Positions 26,952 through 35,684 of a DNA stretch of 64,000 nucleotides are shown piece after piece. The position numbers and the translations under genes were made by a program. Location of the stretch: positions 32,001 to 96,000 of the IMG/VR virus record IMGVR_UViG_3300022925_000008; one strand, given 5' to 3'. Source of the DNA: a virus. The number at the start of each line of letters is the position of its first letter. Position 1 is the first letter of the stretch. The notes beneath the pieces are model-generated. The model ran no database searches. It was not told the origin of the DNA and was given only the letters and a program-made list of their open reading frames with translations.

Positions 26952-28522
26952 TAGTCTTCAACCCATGTTAATGCTAAAGCCACTCTACTAATTGCCTGAG
27001 ATGAGAATACCACCGCAGAAATATTGTGATTGGGGGGAACTGCTATTCTAAGATCCGTTAGATCTACGCTACTGTTACCTCCTCCTGGAACATCTACAAC
27101 ATAAACAGGAAGATTATTACCTAATGTTACCGAACCAGTAGTAGTTGAATAATAAACAGAAGAGAATTCATCAGATTGTGTGGTGTACTCAAGATCAGGT
27201 AATGCATCAAAATCATAAAAGAGAATAACTGTTACTGGCGCTGATGAAGTTGTAGTAAATGAAGCATTAATGTTCTTGAGCAGAACTTCTCGAGTGTTGA
27301 TTTTTCCACCATATACCAGACGATTGTGAACAGTCAGTGCATGATGATAAGTATTATTTGATAAATTACCAGCAGGGTTATAAGAAATATTGGCTGCGAC
27401 AGGAAGTTTTGTATTTTGTATCAATCCTTCAATCCCACCCATCATTGACGCACCTTCAACAACAACGTTGGTTCCGCTACCGCCTAGACTAGCAGCAACG
27501 TATCCGATTTTCAAAGAAGGATTATCAATATGTACATCAATATTTTGATTAGAGTAATGAATATGATGAAAGAAAATCATATCACCGTTTATGGGATTCT
27601 CAATAGCAAATCTCAACTCACCCGCGCCTAACCAACGAAAATTAATTTGAAAGATGTTCAATTTAGTGGGATCAATAACGACAGTGGAAGCACCATTCCC
27701 ATCCAACGTATCAATATTGAAACTCTGTTGAGGAATCCAAGTGTCAGTATGAGCAACGCCTGCTTGCGGATTTGTTACAGTAGCAGTTACGCCTGTTGCG
27801 CCCGTGTCTGTAAAATTAAATGCACCTGCTTTAGGACCAACTGCAGTTGCCAAAAAACAAACTTTAGTACCAGAGTACTCTACAATCCAATTAGAATTTC
27901 CAGCAAAAGCATCAGCGATTTTACGTGCCACAGTAGCAATAGTATCCGCAGCTGTAATTGCTACAACAGTGTCTACACCATCTAATGTAATTGTAATGTT
28001 TCCTGTTCCAATGGCTGCAGCAGTGATAGTGAAATTGGAGATGTATGCTTTACCACCGTTCTGTAAAAGAACTCCGAACTGCTCTCCATCGTATCCTACT
28101 TGTAATGCTTGTTCTTGCGCGAAGAATCCCGCACGTTGAGTATATCCAGCAACGCCAGGAGAGAACTTGGCAGTGAATCGTGAGACAGCGCCTTGGCCAG
28201 GACGATAACGAACAGCACGAGCAGAACGAATAACACCGTACCCACCAATAGATGTTCCTGTAGAACATTGCATTAACGTATTAGTGGTTGTGGCAGCACC
28301 ACCTGTAGCAGTAAATGTTTCAAACTGCCTTGGATCTAATCCGTACAATCCATCTAGTTGTAATACAGGAGTGATGGGAATAGCAATTGCTTCCCCAAAC
28401 GCAGAATTAGACGTAGCACCAGGAGTGATAATATTTCCATATTGATCTGCCTGCATCTGGACTTCATATAAGGCATTGTTGTTCCTTAATAAAGTCTGTT
28501 TATTTACGTCTAATTGTGCCAT
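26951..28522 (-). CDS. Putative virion structural / fibre-like protein
   Basis: 523 aa, Thr/Gly/Ala-rich all-beta composition in late region. Confidence 0.55.
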   Translation of the reverse strand: MAQLDVNKQTLLRNNNALYEVQMQADQYGNIITPGATSNSAFGEAIAIPITPVLQLDGLYGLDPRQFETFTATGGAATTTNTLMQCSTGTSIGGYGVIRSARAVRYRPGQGAVSRFTAKFSPGVAGYTQRAGFFAQEQALQVGYDGEQFGVLLQNGGKAYISNFTITAAAIGTGNITITLDGVDTVVAITAADTIATVARKIADAFAGNSNWIVEYSGTKVCFLATAVGPKAGAFNFTDTGATGVTATVTNPQAGVAHTDTWIPQQSFNIDTLDGNGASTVVIDPTKLNIFQINFRWLGAGELRFAIENPINGDMIFFHHIHYSNQNIDVHIDNPSLKIGYVAASLGGSGTNVVVEGASMMGGIEGLIQNTKLPVAANISYNPAGNLSNNTYHHALTVHNRLVYGGKINTREVLLKNINASFTTTSSAPVTVILFYDFDALPDLEYTTQSDEFSSVYYSTTTGSVTLGNNLPVYVVDVPGGGNSSVDLTDLRIAVPPNHNISAVVFSSQAISRVALALTWVED

Positions 28523-28863
28523 TAATCTTTCTTCCTACTCCCGACAGCGTCCGCTGCAAAGAAGGCAGAGACAAGTACGGCGATTGATGCAAAATATGTT
28601 GGAGCAATGTCAGCAATTAATTTTGCTGCTTGGTCCAACCCAAACATATCAGTAAGGAAAATTCCAAACGGATATAACAATAACCCGACCAACGAGAACC
28701 ACGCCATCTTACGAATGGCATCGCGTTGTGCGTCTTGATCTTCAAGCTCTTTTCTTTTAAACTCAAGGTTCATATGTGCTTCCAACTCTTCCATAGAGAT
28801 GTGTCCATCTCCATTAGTGTCGGCAGCTTCTAACGCTTCATCAACTGTTTTCTTTGTCGCCAT
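28522..28863 (-). CDS. EF-hand-containing two-TM holin-like membrane protein
   Basis: ADTNGDGHISMEEL canonical EF-hand loop, then two TM helices; AAGGAG RBS before MATKK. Confidence 0.6.
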   Translation of the reverse strand: MATKKTVDEALEAADTNGDGHISMEELEAHMNLEFKRKELEDQDAQRDAIRKMAWFSLVGLLLYPFGIFLTDMFGLDQAAKLIADIAPTYFASIAVLVSAFFAADAVGSRKKD

Positions 28864-28978
28864 CTTCTTGCTCTCCTTCCGTTTCATCTGTATAATGATT
28901 TTTCCAATCATGATGAAGGGGAGCGACCTTAGTAACGGGTGCTTCAAATAACATTGTTAATTCGTTTTCTTTACTCAT
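28841..28978 (-). CDS. Small acidic protein (45 aa)
   Basis: Manual translation MSKENELTMLFEAPVTK...; ATGA overlap. Confidence 0.4.
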   Translation of the reverse strand: MSKENELTMLFEAPVTKVAPLHHDWKNHYTDETEGEQEDGDKENS

Positions 28979-30057
28979 TTTGTTGGTTTCGTTACCTGAC
29001 CTTTAACTGGATCAATGATTTTGGTATCGCCTTTGCTAGAAGTAGTAACTGATGCTTGTTTCTTGACAGCACGCCCAGCTTTGACAACATCATCATGACC
29101 TTCTTCGTCATCAGCAGCAACTTCTGGACTGTCCATATCGGCGTCTTTGGCCATATCCTTAGCACCTTTACCTTTAAGTTTGTCCTTCATTTCTTCATCA
29201 GAAGCAGAAGAGGGTACATGCTTATCTTTAGGAGCAGCTGCTTCCCACATTTTTGCAAGTGCCGCTTTGGTGCCTTGAACAAAGTTTGCATATTTTGCTA
29301 CAACCTCTTCTTCAAACTCAGCAACTGTGCCTTCTTGAACGGACTCTACTCTTTTAGTTTTGCGTTCCCACTCACTATGGGGTTTTCCAGATTGTTCGCC
29401 AGACTTTTTAAGAACCCATCCTGGACCCTTGGGTCTTTGACCATTTGGAAGTTTGCTGCGTTGTGTTTCTAACTTTTCTTCAAGTTCGTCTTCTTCGTTT
29501 GCTTTCTTCAGTGCTTTCTGTACACGAGGATTGTCGCTCATGCCTTTCTTAGACTTTTCAATCTTCTTGACAGCACCAGTCATGTCACCACCCATACGCT
29601 TGGCAGTTTTGATAGCAGATGACACGCCTTCAAGTTGTTCGGCAGGAACATTAAACTCTACACCGTGAGCAAACAGTACATCAACACCTTCGTCGGACTC
29701 AGCAATGATCTCGCCGTGCCCATGTTCTGTGTGTCGAACCGAAACGCTTTCTTTAGTACTTTGCTTTTCTTCGCCCTTGTACTTAGAACATTCTTCGTCG
29801 TGATTCTCAGTGGACCCGCCACATTCAGAACATTTTTTCATGCCCTTGGAATCCATTTTAATATCATCTTCATCTTCTTCTTTCATCGCTTTCTTAATTT
29901 CTTTGCGGCGATTATGAAGATACTCATCTGACTTATCAACGTCTCCGTCGTTGTCAATGTCTGCATCTGCTTTACCGACAGGATCTAATTTCTTTTTCTC
30001 ATTCACCACTACTTCCTGCCAAGCAGTGGTGATTTTGTCTACGATTTTCTTATCCAT
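28975..30057 (-). CDS. Highly charged modular internal-head/prohead-core-like protein
   Basis: KLDPVGKADADIDNDGDVDKSDEYLHNRR module, beta module VRHTEHGHG..., modules separated by xxE sites. Confidence 0.55.
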   Translation of the reverse strand: MDKKIVDKITTAWQEVVVNEKKKLDPVGKADADIDNDGDVDKSDEYLHNRRKEIKKAMKEEDEDDIKMDSKGMKKCSECGGSTENHDEECSKYKGEEKQSTKESVSVRHTEHGHGEIIAESDEGVDVLFAHGVEFNVPAEQLEGVSSAIKTAKRMGGDMTGAVKKIEKSKKGMSDNPRVQKALKKANEEDELEEKLETQRSKLPNGQRPKGPGWVLKKSGEQSGKPHSEWERKTKRVESVQEGTVAEFEEEVVAKYANFVQGTKAALAKMWEAAAPKDKHVPSSASDEEMKDKLKGKGAKDMAKDADMDSPEVAADDEEGHDDVVKAGRAVKKQASVTTSSKGDTKIIDPVKGQVTKPTK

Positions 30058-30069
30058 TGTTCCTGTCCT

Positions 30070-30345
30070 TTATAACATTTCTTGAAAATGTGTTATCAAT
30101 GCTGTAATAATGCCAGCACCAATTACCCACATTATTTTTGTCATTACATTCATGCGTTCTCGCATGGATACGACTTCGGTCTCTATCGTGTCCATTTTCT
30201 GAGACATACGATTGAGACGTTCATGAGACTCAGAGCGCCTTATTTCTAAGTCAGCAATCTTTTCCTCTACTCTTGCCATACCTACAATTACGTCTGCAAG
30301 TTTGTCGAGTTTTTCTTCGATTCTTTTTAATCTGTCTTCGGTCAT
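30070..30345 (-). CDS. Coiled-coil protein with C-terminal TM (XhlA/holin-like)
   Basis: RLKRIEEKLDKL heptads, terminal hydrophobic helix. Confidence 0.55.
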   Translation of the reverse strand: MTEDRLKRIEEKLDKLADVIVGMARVEEKIADLEIRRSESHERLNRMSQKMDTIETEVVSMRERMNVMTKIMWVIGAGIITALITHFQEML

Positions 30346-30371
30346 TTATACCCATCCTACCAATTAATAGA

Positions 30372-30638
30372 CTACCAAGCCTTACAACTCCAGTATCTTG
30401 GTGTGGTTTTATCCTTAGCAGTGTCACATTTGTGGCGTGCTCTAAAAGATTTTCGACGAGCAGGAATATTTTTCTTGATCGTCATGTTTTTATCACCAAA
30501 ATTAACCTTTTGTGCTTTACCGTCACCATCAGGATCTACGAAGACCTTAGACTTTTTCACATCTCCTCTCATCGGTTTATTGAGAGGAACTTTCTTCCCT
30601 TGATAGGTTGCTTCATCGAAATTCTTAAACCTAATCAT
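30372..30638 (-). CDS. Small basic conserved protein with capsid-targeting-like N-terminus
   Basis: MIRFKNFDE; KVNFGD.NM...RRKSFRARH.C...RYWSC..W. Confidence 0.7.
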   Translation of the reverse strand: MIRFKNFDEATYQGKKVPLNKPMRGDVKKSKVFVDPDGDGKAQKVNFGDKNMTIKKNIPARRKSFRARHKCDTAKDKTTPRYWSCKAW

Positions 30639-31870
30639 TTGTACGTCTTTCTAAAATGATTGGCAGCAGCAGTCACACCTTCATGTCCTTTATCTCGGAT
30701 CAAATCCATAACTGCCTTTTTCTTATCTAACGGTAATCTTTTATGTAAATCAACAGCGTGTTGCAAATCTTTATGTGCCATCTCTTTAGACTTACCATTA
30801 ATCTTAACTTTAACTTTTCTGCCGCCAAGACTAGGATGACTGGCATCTGCTGCTTTCGCTAACGTTTTATGAACGTCATCGTGCTTATCGTTCTTGTTAA
30901 TCTCAAAACTTAATGGCTTGGCGCTCTTTTGCTGATCTGCAGTCCAATCTCCTTCAGAAGATTTAGTACCTTTTGCAGGACCACGACGAGCACCACGCTT
31001 TGCTTGATTTGCTGCTTTACGTTTTGCAATTTCTGCTCGTTGCTTATCGGTCAATTCAGATATAAAGGTAGTAAAGGTTTTAAGATTAACAGATTCTTCA
31101 TTAGCATTCTTCATCATGTTTCTCAAACGAGCAAGTTTGTCTAACTCAGAAGGTTTGATTTTTGCTTTCTTTTCCTTATCTCTAATACGATCTAATGATT
31201 TGCCATATTCTTTTGATGATTCTTCTTTCTTAACTGGTTGCTGTTTTGCTTTTTGCCTTTGTAATTGTTTCAACCGAGCAAGTTTCTTATCCGTTTCATA
31301 TTCATGAGACAATTCTTTGTATTTGGCATCTCTTCTGCTTGGGGTGCTTTGAGCACTACCGGCCGTTGAATATGCTTTAAATGGAGATCTATGACCACCG
31401 CCGCCGGATCTCCATCCTTCACTAACATTCTTGCCTCTACCGTGTTTAACGAGATACTTGCCGGATGGATCTTTATGAACAACGCCATTATGCGTCTTGG
31501 CGTGACTATATGCAGTGTCTTTGTCGAACGTTCCCGCGTTACGATAGTCGCGGCCCTTTTCGCCTTTGGCGCCAATGTATCCTTCTTTCTGTGCAGGCAA
31601 ACCTTTATGCTTGGTTGCCGCGAAGTCTTTAACGTCTTTCTTGCTCATAGATGCTGCTGCCTTTTTTGCTTCCGGTGAAGCATTGTCTATTTCACCCTTT
31701 TGTAAACCACGGACAATACCAAAGAATTTTTGCTGTGCTTTTGATACAGATTTTTCGTCTATCTTAACAATCTTTCGATCGACAGATACCATGCGCACTC
31801 TTCTTCTACCCTTATCGTCAGTATAGACTTCGGGTTTTCTGTCTGCAGATTTAACGTTTTCTTTCTTCAT
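30635..31870 (-). CDS. Lys-rich modular internal-head-like polyprotein
   Basis: Serial short modules (SVSKAQQKFFG..KHKGLP etc.) each bounded by (L/I/V)xE-like sites; late promoter upstream. Confidence 0.55.
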   Translation of the reverse strand: MKKENVKSADRKPEVYTDDKGRRRVRMVSVDRKIVKIDEKSVSKAQQKFFGIVRGLQKGEIDNASPEAKKAAASMSKKDVKDFAATKHKGLPAQKEGYIGAKGEKGRDYRNAGTFDKDTAYSHAKTHNGVVHKDPSGKYLVKHGRGKNVSEGWRSGGGGHRSPFKAYSTAGSAQSTPSRRDAKYKELSHEYETDKKLARLKQLQRQKAKQQPVKKEESSKEYGKSLDRIRDKEKKAKIKPSELDKLARLRNMMKNANEESVNLKTFTTFISELTDKQRAEIAKRKAANQAKRGARRGPAKGTKSSEGDWTADQQKSAKPLSFEINKNDKHDDVHKTLAKAADASHPSLGGRKVKVKINGKSKEMAHKDLQHAVDLHKRLPLDKKKAVMDLIRDKGHEGVTAAANHFRKTYK

Positions 31871-31876
31871 AGACTT

Positions 31877-31884
31877 TATTTATA
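31877..31884 (-). promoter_or_regulatory. T4-type late promoter
   Basis: TATAAATA just upstream of ATG 31870. Confidence 0.6.
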
Positions 31885-32112
31885 TTACGCCAAATCTTTA
31901 TCGTGGTCTAGACCACCTTTCTTTTTCTTTACAAGAAAAGCATTTACCCTAGCATGCCCCCATTGTTGAGGCGTTGTTCCAGGACGATGCCCAGTTTTCC
32001 ACGCGGCCATCCCACGGTTGTAAACTTTACGCAAAGTGGCGAGTGATACGCCAGATTTCTTTGCCTTGTCGGCTAATGCGCCTTCAACTAAGACGAACTC
32101 TTTGAACTTCAT
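31885..32112 (-). CDS. Small protein (DUF5824-like) with capsid-targeting-like N-terminus
   Basis: MKFKEFVLVE; KKSGVS...LRKVYNRGMAAW..GHRPG.TPQQWG.ARVN.F. Confidence 0.7.
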   Translation of the reverse strand: MKFKEFVLVEGALADKAKKSGVSLATLRKVYNRGMAAWKTGHRPGTTPQQWGHARVNAFLVKKKKGGLDHDKDLA

Positions 32113-33503
32113 TGTGAACCCTTATGTTTAATGTATCCACGTTTGTCTGCTTTCTTTTTGTCTTTCTGTACTGTTGCTTTATTGAACTTACGCGCATATT
32201 TGGCAACAGGGTTTTTAGATGGATCTGATGCTTCTTCTTTCGGATTTGTTGCTTTGTTCTTTGAGTGAACGTCCTGCGCTCGGGCTCGGTCCATCATTTT
32301 GTCGTGTTTGATTTTGTCGGTTTCTTTTTCGCGATTAATTTTGTCCTTAGCTGCATCAACCCGAGAGGACTCACCATACATTTTCTTAACAGATAAAGTA
32401 TACTTTGATGGTTTTGTTTTTGCCGTTTTGTCTCCAGGTGCTGGTTTATAGGCAGCAGGATCGCTATCTGACATTTTAGATTGTTTCTTAAACTGTCGAT
32501 CTCTCGCAAGCTTGGTTGCTTTGCTCAGACCTTTGTGATATTTTGAAGGTTGAGACCCAGACCTTTTTGATATGTCTTTGTCTTGAGGAACTTCGGTAGA
32601 TTCTCCTGGGGTTGTTTTCTTCGCTTTCTTCGTAGAAGCAGGAGTTCCCCATTCTGGTTTTTCTTTATACCAGTTATCGGTTTTCTCTAAAACGATTCCA
32701 TCTAACCATTGACGGCTGACCTTGCCTTCGTCAAGTGCAACAATAACATAATTAGCACCAAGGCGATAGATGTATCCAGGTTGGTTTGACTCTTTAATAA
32801 CGACTCGGTCCCCAGGTTCAAATAATTCACCTGCAATATATTTCTCTCGAGTCTCGCTCAACTGCCCAAGATCGACATGCTGTTTGAAGTCGATTGATTC
32901 TTTAAGACCCATTCCAACGCGCACATCATTGAACAAAGATTTGGTTTCTTTAGTAGACATTCCGCGAGGAACACCCTGAGAAAATGAAGTGAAGTCGTTG
33001 TTCTTAGCATTTTCTCTTTGCTTAGAAGCAGACATTCCCGAAACGTCATCGGCGTCTGGGTCTCGCGCTCCTGCCGAAATAACAGAGATACGCTCAAAGT
33101 TATAAAATCCGTGACCTGACTTGATTCCGTTATACTTATTCAATAATGCCTCAAACTCTGCAACGCGGTCAGAACCGACAACCATGGTTATTTTACGAAA
33201 ACCTTGGTCGTATAGATTCACTGCTGCATTGAAAACACTTTTAATTTTCTTATTCAGAAGAATGTTTCGCCCGTGTTTAGGAAACATTTTACGCGAATGT
33301 TTGATCTTCTGTTCATACGAGAGGGGGTTCTTTTTTGCATCTTGAGATTGAGAGATAAAGATTTTGTATGCATTCTTTCCTGCTTTCGCAGAGAGCACAT
33401 TAAGAAGTTTTTCATGACCAATAGTTGGTGGGTTCATCCTACCAAACGTGAAGAAAATTTCTCTTTCTTCTTCGACAAGATACTGTTTAAACGAGGGGAT
33501 CAT
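32109..33503 (-). CDS. HxGH-type nucleotidyltransferase (cytidyltransferase-like) with SH3-like and basic C-terminal modules
   Basis: FTFGRMNPPTIGHEKL, MVVGSDR, SAG.RDPDA...GMSASK.R. Confidence 0.85.
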   Translation of the reverse strand: MIPSFKQYLVEEEREIFFTFGRMNPPTIGHEKLLNVLSAKAGKNAYKIFISQSQDAKKNPLSYEQKIKHSRKMFPKHGRNILLNKKIKSVFNAAVNLYDQGFRKITMVVGSDRVAEFEALLNKYNGIKSGHGFYNFERISVISAGARDPDADDVSGMSASKQRENAKNNDFTSFSQGVPRGMSTKETKSLFNDVRVGMGLKESIDFKQHVDLGQLSETREKYIAGELFEPGDRVVIKESNQPGYIYRLGANYVIVALDEGKVSRQWLDGIVLEKTDNWYKEKPEWGTPASTKKAKKTTPGESTEVPQDKDISKRSGSQPSKYHKGLSKATKLARDRQFKKQSKMSDSDPAAYKPAPGDKTAKTKPSKYTLSVKKMYGESSRVDAAKDKINREKETDKIKHDKMMDRARAQDVHSKNKATNPKEEASDPSKNPVAKYARKFNKATVQKDKKKADKRGYIKHKGSQ

Positions 33504-33955
33504 TATTTATTTCCGCCTTTTTGTTGCTTTCTAGCTATTTCTGCTTTGCGCGTCAAAGGTAATTCTTTTCGAACAAGGTTTTGAATACGAGTTTGGGGCA
33601 GTTTGTCAATTCGTTTTTCTATTTCTGCTCTACGCGCAGGCGGAACCTCGCCTCTAGATTTACCTTTAGAGAACTTCTTGAATAGATTATTCCTGACGTG
33701 TTTCTGAGCTCTTTTCTGAAGAGTGGGCAGCGTTGCCATTTTGCGACTTGCTTTGGCCCGCCCAATCTTCAGTTTGGATTTGATTTTCTTCATCATACGA
33801 CCGCGAGCGCGGCGCTGAGAAAAACTTAATTCTTCATCGAAAGATTCGCCAACAACACCACGGTGTCTTTTCTTAGCGTTCCAGCTAACTTGCTCAGGTT
33901 CCCCTGGAGTGTAATCAACTGTCAAAAAGTCTTTGAATGATAGGCGTTTAGCCAT
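33503..33955 (-). CDS. Basic protein with capsid-targeting-like N-terminus
   Basis: MAKRLSFKDFL; Arg/Lys-rich helical body. Confidence 0.65.
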   Translation of the reverse strand: MAKRLSFKDFLTVDYTPGEPEQVSWNAKKRHRGVVGESFDEELSFSQRRARGRMMKKIKSKLKIGRAKASRKMATLPTLQKRAQKHVRNNLFKKFSKGKSRGEVPPARRAEIEKRIDKLPQTRIQNLVRKELPLTRKAEIARKQQKGGNK

Positions 33956-33993
33956 CTTACTATCCTCTATTGGTTGAGACCCATACAATGTAA

Positions 33994-35208
33994 TTAGTTA
34001 GGGTTATCCCAACCCTTAACGATATCTTGCGAAAAGTTGTTGTAACTGAACTCCATTCTGTCCACCAACTTTACCGCATCACCACCAAGTTTATCAATTG
34101 CAACGTATCCTTCAGCACCTGTCACTTTATAACCTTTTCTGGTCTTAACAAAAGTTTCAATGTTTTGCAATTGATTAAGTTTATTTATAAGTTTTATTTT
34201 TGCAAATACAATTAATTTTTGCAGTTCGAACACTTTAACTAGGTTGGTTTTGTTTTTTGCAGAGAAGAACGATAACAATGCATCTAGTTTCGCTTTTTGT
34301 GTGCTCTTACCCTTTTCGCTCTTTCTAGAATCGATCTCTTTCTGATATTTGGCAGTTATCCATTTGATCAATTTCTCAGTATGGGCAGAGGAGTTCTTAA
34401 CAATTGTTCCCGCTCTTACGAAAGTATTGTTGAATTGCTCAATGTGTTGTGCCAAGACTTGGTTGGATTCTAGTTCCCGCAACGTACTACCGCTAATCTG
34501 ATTGAACAGTTTACCAATCTCGGTAAGGGTCTTGTTTATATCTGCTGTTTCTTTCTTGGTCATAGTAGCAGAAGTAAGGTCGCGCAGGAATGCGTCTTGT
34601 GACCACACTGCGGTAGTCTTGTTTAGTTTAGACACCTCCACACCAAACGATGCACTCATCGTCTCGAAGGTCTTGCCGGTGTACGTAGTGTGCCAAACGA
34701 TACCCATCTTCGCCTTCTTGATGGACGTTGCTTGTGCTTCTGGAACGGCATAGACAATCGTATTGGGATGGAAGGTAACATATTTCTGTCCATCAATAGT
34801 CTTGGTCTTTATATCTGATTGATCAAACAGAAAATCGCCCTGAATAACATTTTTGATACCAAGAGCAGGTAGATGTTTGAGCGCCAATTGAAGTTTCTTG
34901 TTCAAGTCCCCCGAGGTATCATCGTCGATATCCTGAGGGGTCTTATATACCTTGGGGTTCTTATTGAAGATACCCTTCTTAGCAACAAAGAACTTACCGT
35001 CTCGGGGGTCTGTCCCAGCAAATACAGCAGGTGCTCCATCCCACTTGACTGACACAGAACCGCCACTACCACCGAGCATGTCTCGCATGTCTCGCAGTGC
35101 AAAAATTGCTTGCCGTGTCCCGTTGACACCGCCATAGAGAACCTTATCCTCGATGTGGGTCATATGTGTGTTTTTCTGTTCCGATAATGTGTCTGCGAAT
35201 GATAACAT
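33994..35208 (-). CDS. DUF6267-like protein with ligase/nucleotidyltransferase KxDG motif
   Basis: NTHMTHIED, SVKWDGAP (motif I-like), IQGDFLF, EGYVAI..VKLVDR (motif IV/V-like). Confidence 0.7.
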   Translation of the reverse strand: MLSFADTLSEQKNTHMTHIEDKVLYGGVNGTRQAIFALRDMRDMLGGSGGSVSVKWDGAPAVFAGTDPRDGKFFVAKKGIFNKNPKVYKTPQDIDDDTSGDLNKKLQLALKHLPALGIKNVIQGDFLFDQSDIKTKTIDGQKYVTFHPNTIVYAVPEAQATSIKKAKMGIVWHTTYTGKTFETMSASFGVEVSKLNKTTAVWSQDAFLRDLTSATMTKKETADINKTLTEIGKLFNQISGSTLRELESNQVLAQHIEQFNNTFVRAGTIVKNSSAHTEKLIKWITAKYQKEIDSRKSEKGKSTQKAKLDALLSFFSAKNKTNLVKVFELQKLIVFAKIKLINKLNQLQNIETFVKTRKGYKVTGAEGYVAIDKLGGDAVKLVDRMEFSYNNFSQDIVKGWDNPN

Positions 35209-35210
35209 TT

Positions 35211-35675
35211 TTATACGTCTATATGGTGCGCTTCAACACCGTGACCAACAGCAGTTGCTCTCGTGTTTCCCGCCAACAGATGATGGTGATGATTACCGTC
35301 TTTATCTTTATGTCTTAAAATGATCGGACGATCAATCGGTTTCTTATCCTTGATCATACCTTGAACACGTTTAACTTTGTCCTTGTCTTCAACATGTTTC
35401 ATACTCATACCCATTTCGGTGTTACCGACTTTGGTGCCGTGCTTTACCTTTTCAATTGATGATCCATGCATCGCTTTATGAAAAGCATCTTTGTTTTTGG
35501 CAAAATGATGTAATGCTTTTTGAATTTTTGGATGAGTATCTTGTCTAAACTCTTTATCGTGTTTCAAAGCATCGCTTTGATGTTTTGTTTCGTCGTGCTC
35601 TTCATCCGCCAGACGTTTATGGTCTGGTTTATGATAGGTAACATCTTCTGAAATAAAATTTTTAAACTTTTTCAT
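35211..35675 (-). CDS. His-rich ParB/Srx-like protein with capsid-targeting-like N-terminus
   Basis: MKKFKNFISE; PIILR...LLAGNTRATA. Confidence 0.55.
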   Translation of the reverse strand: MKKFKNFISEDVTYHKPDHKRLADEEHDETKHQSDALKHDKEFRQDTHPKIQKALHHFAKNKDAFHKAMHGSSIEKVKHGTKVGNTEMGMSMKHVEDKDKVKRVQGMIKDKKPIDRPIILRHKDKDGNHHHHLLAGNTRATAVGHGVEAHHIDV

Positions 35676-35684
35676 TGTAATTCC

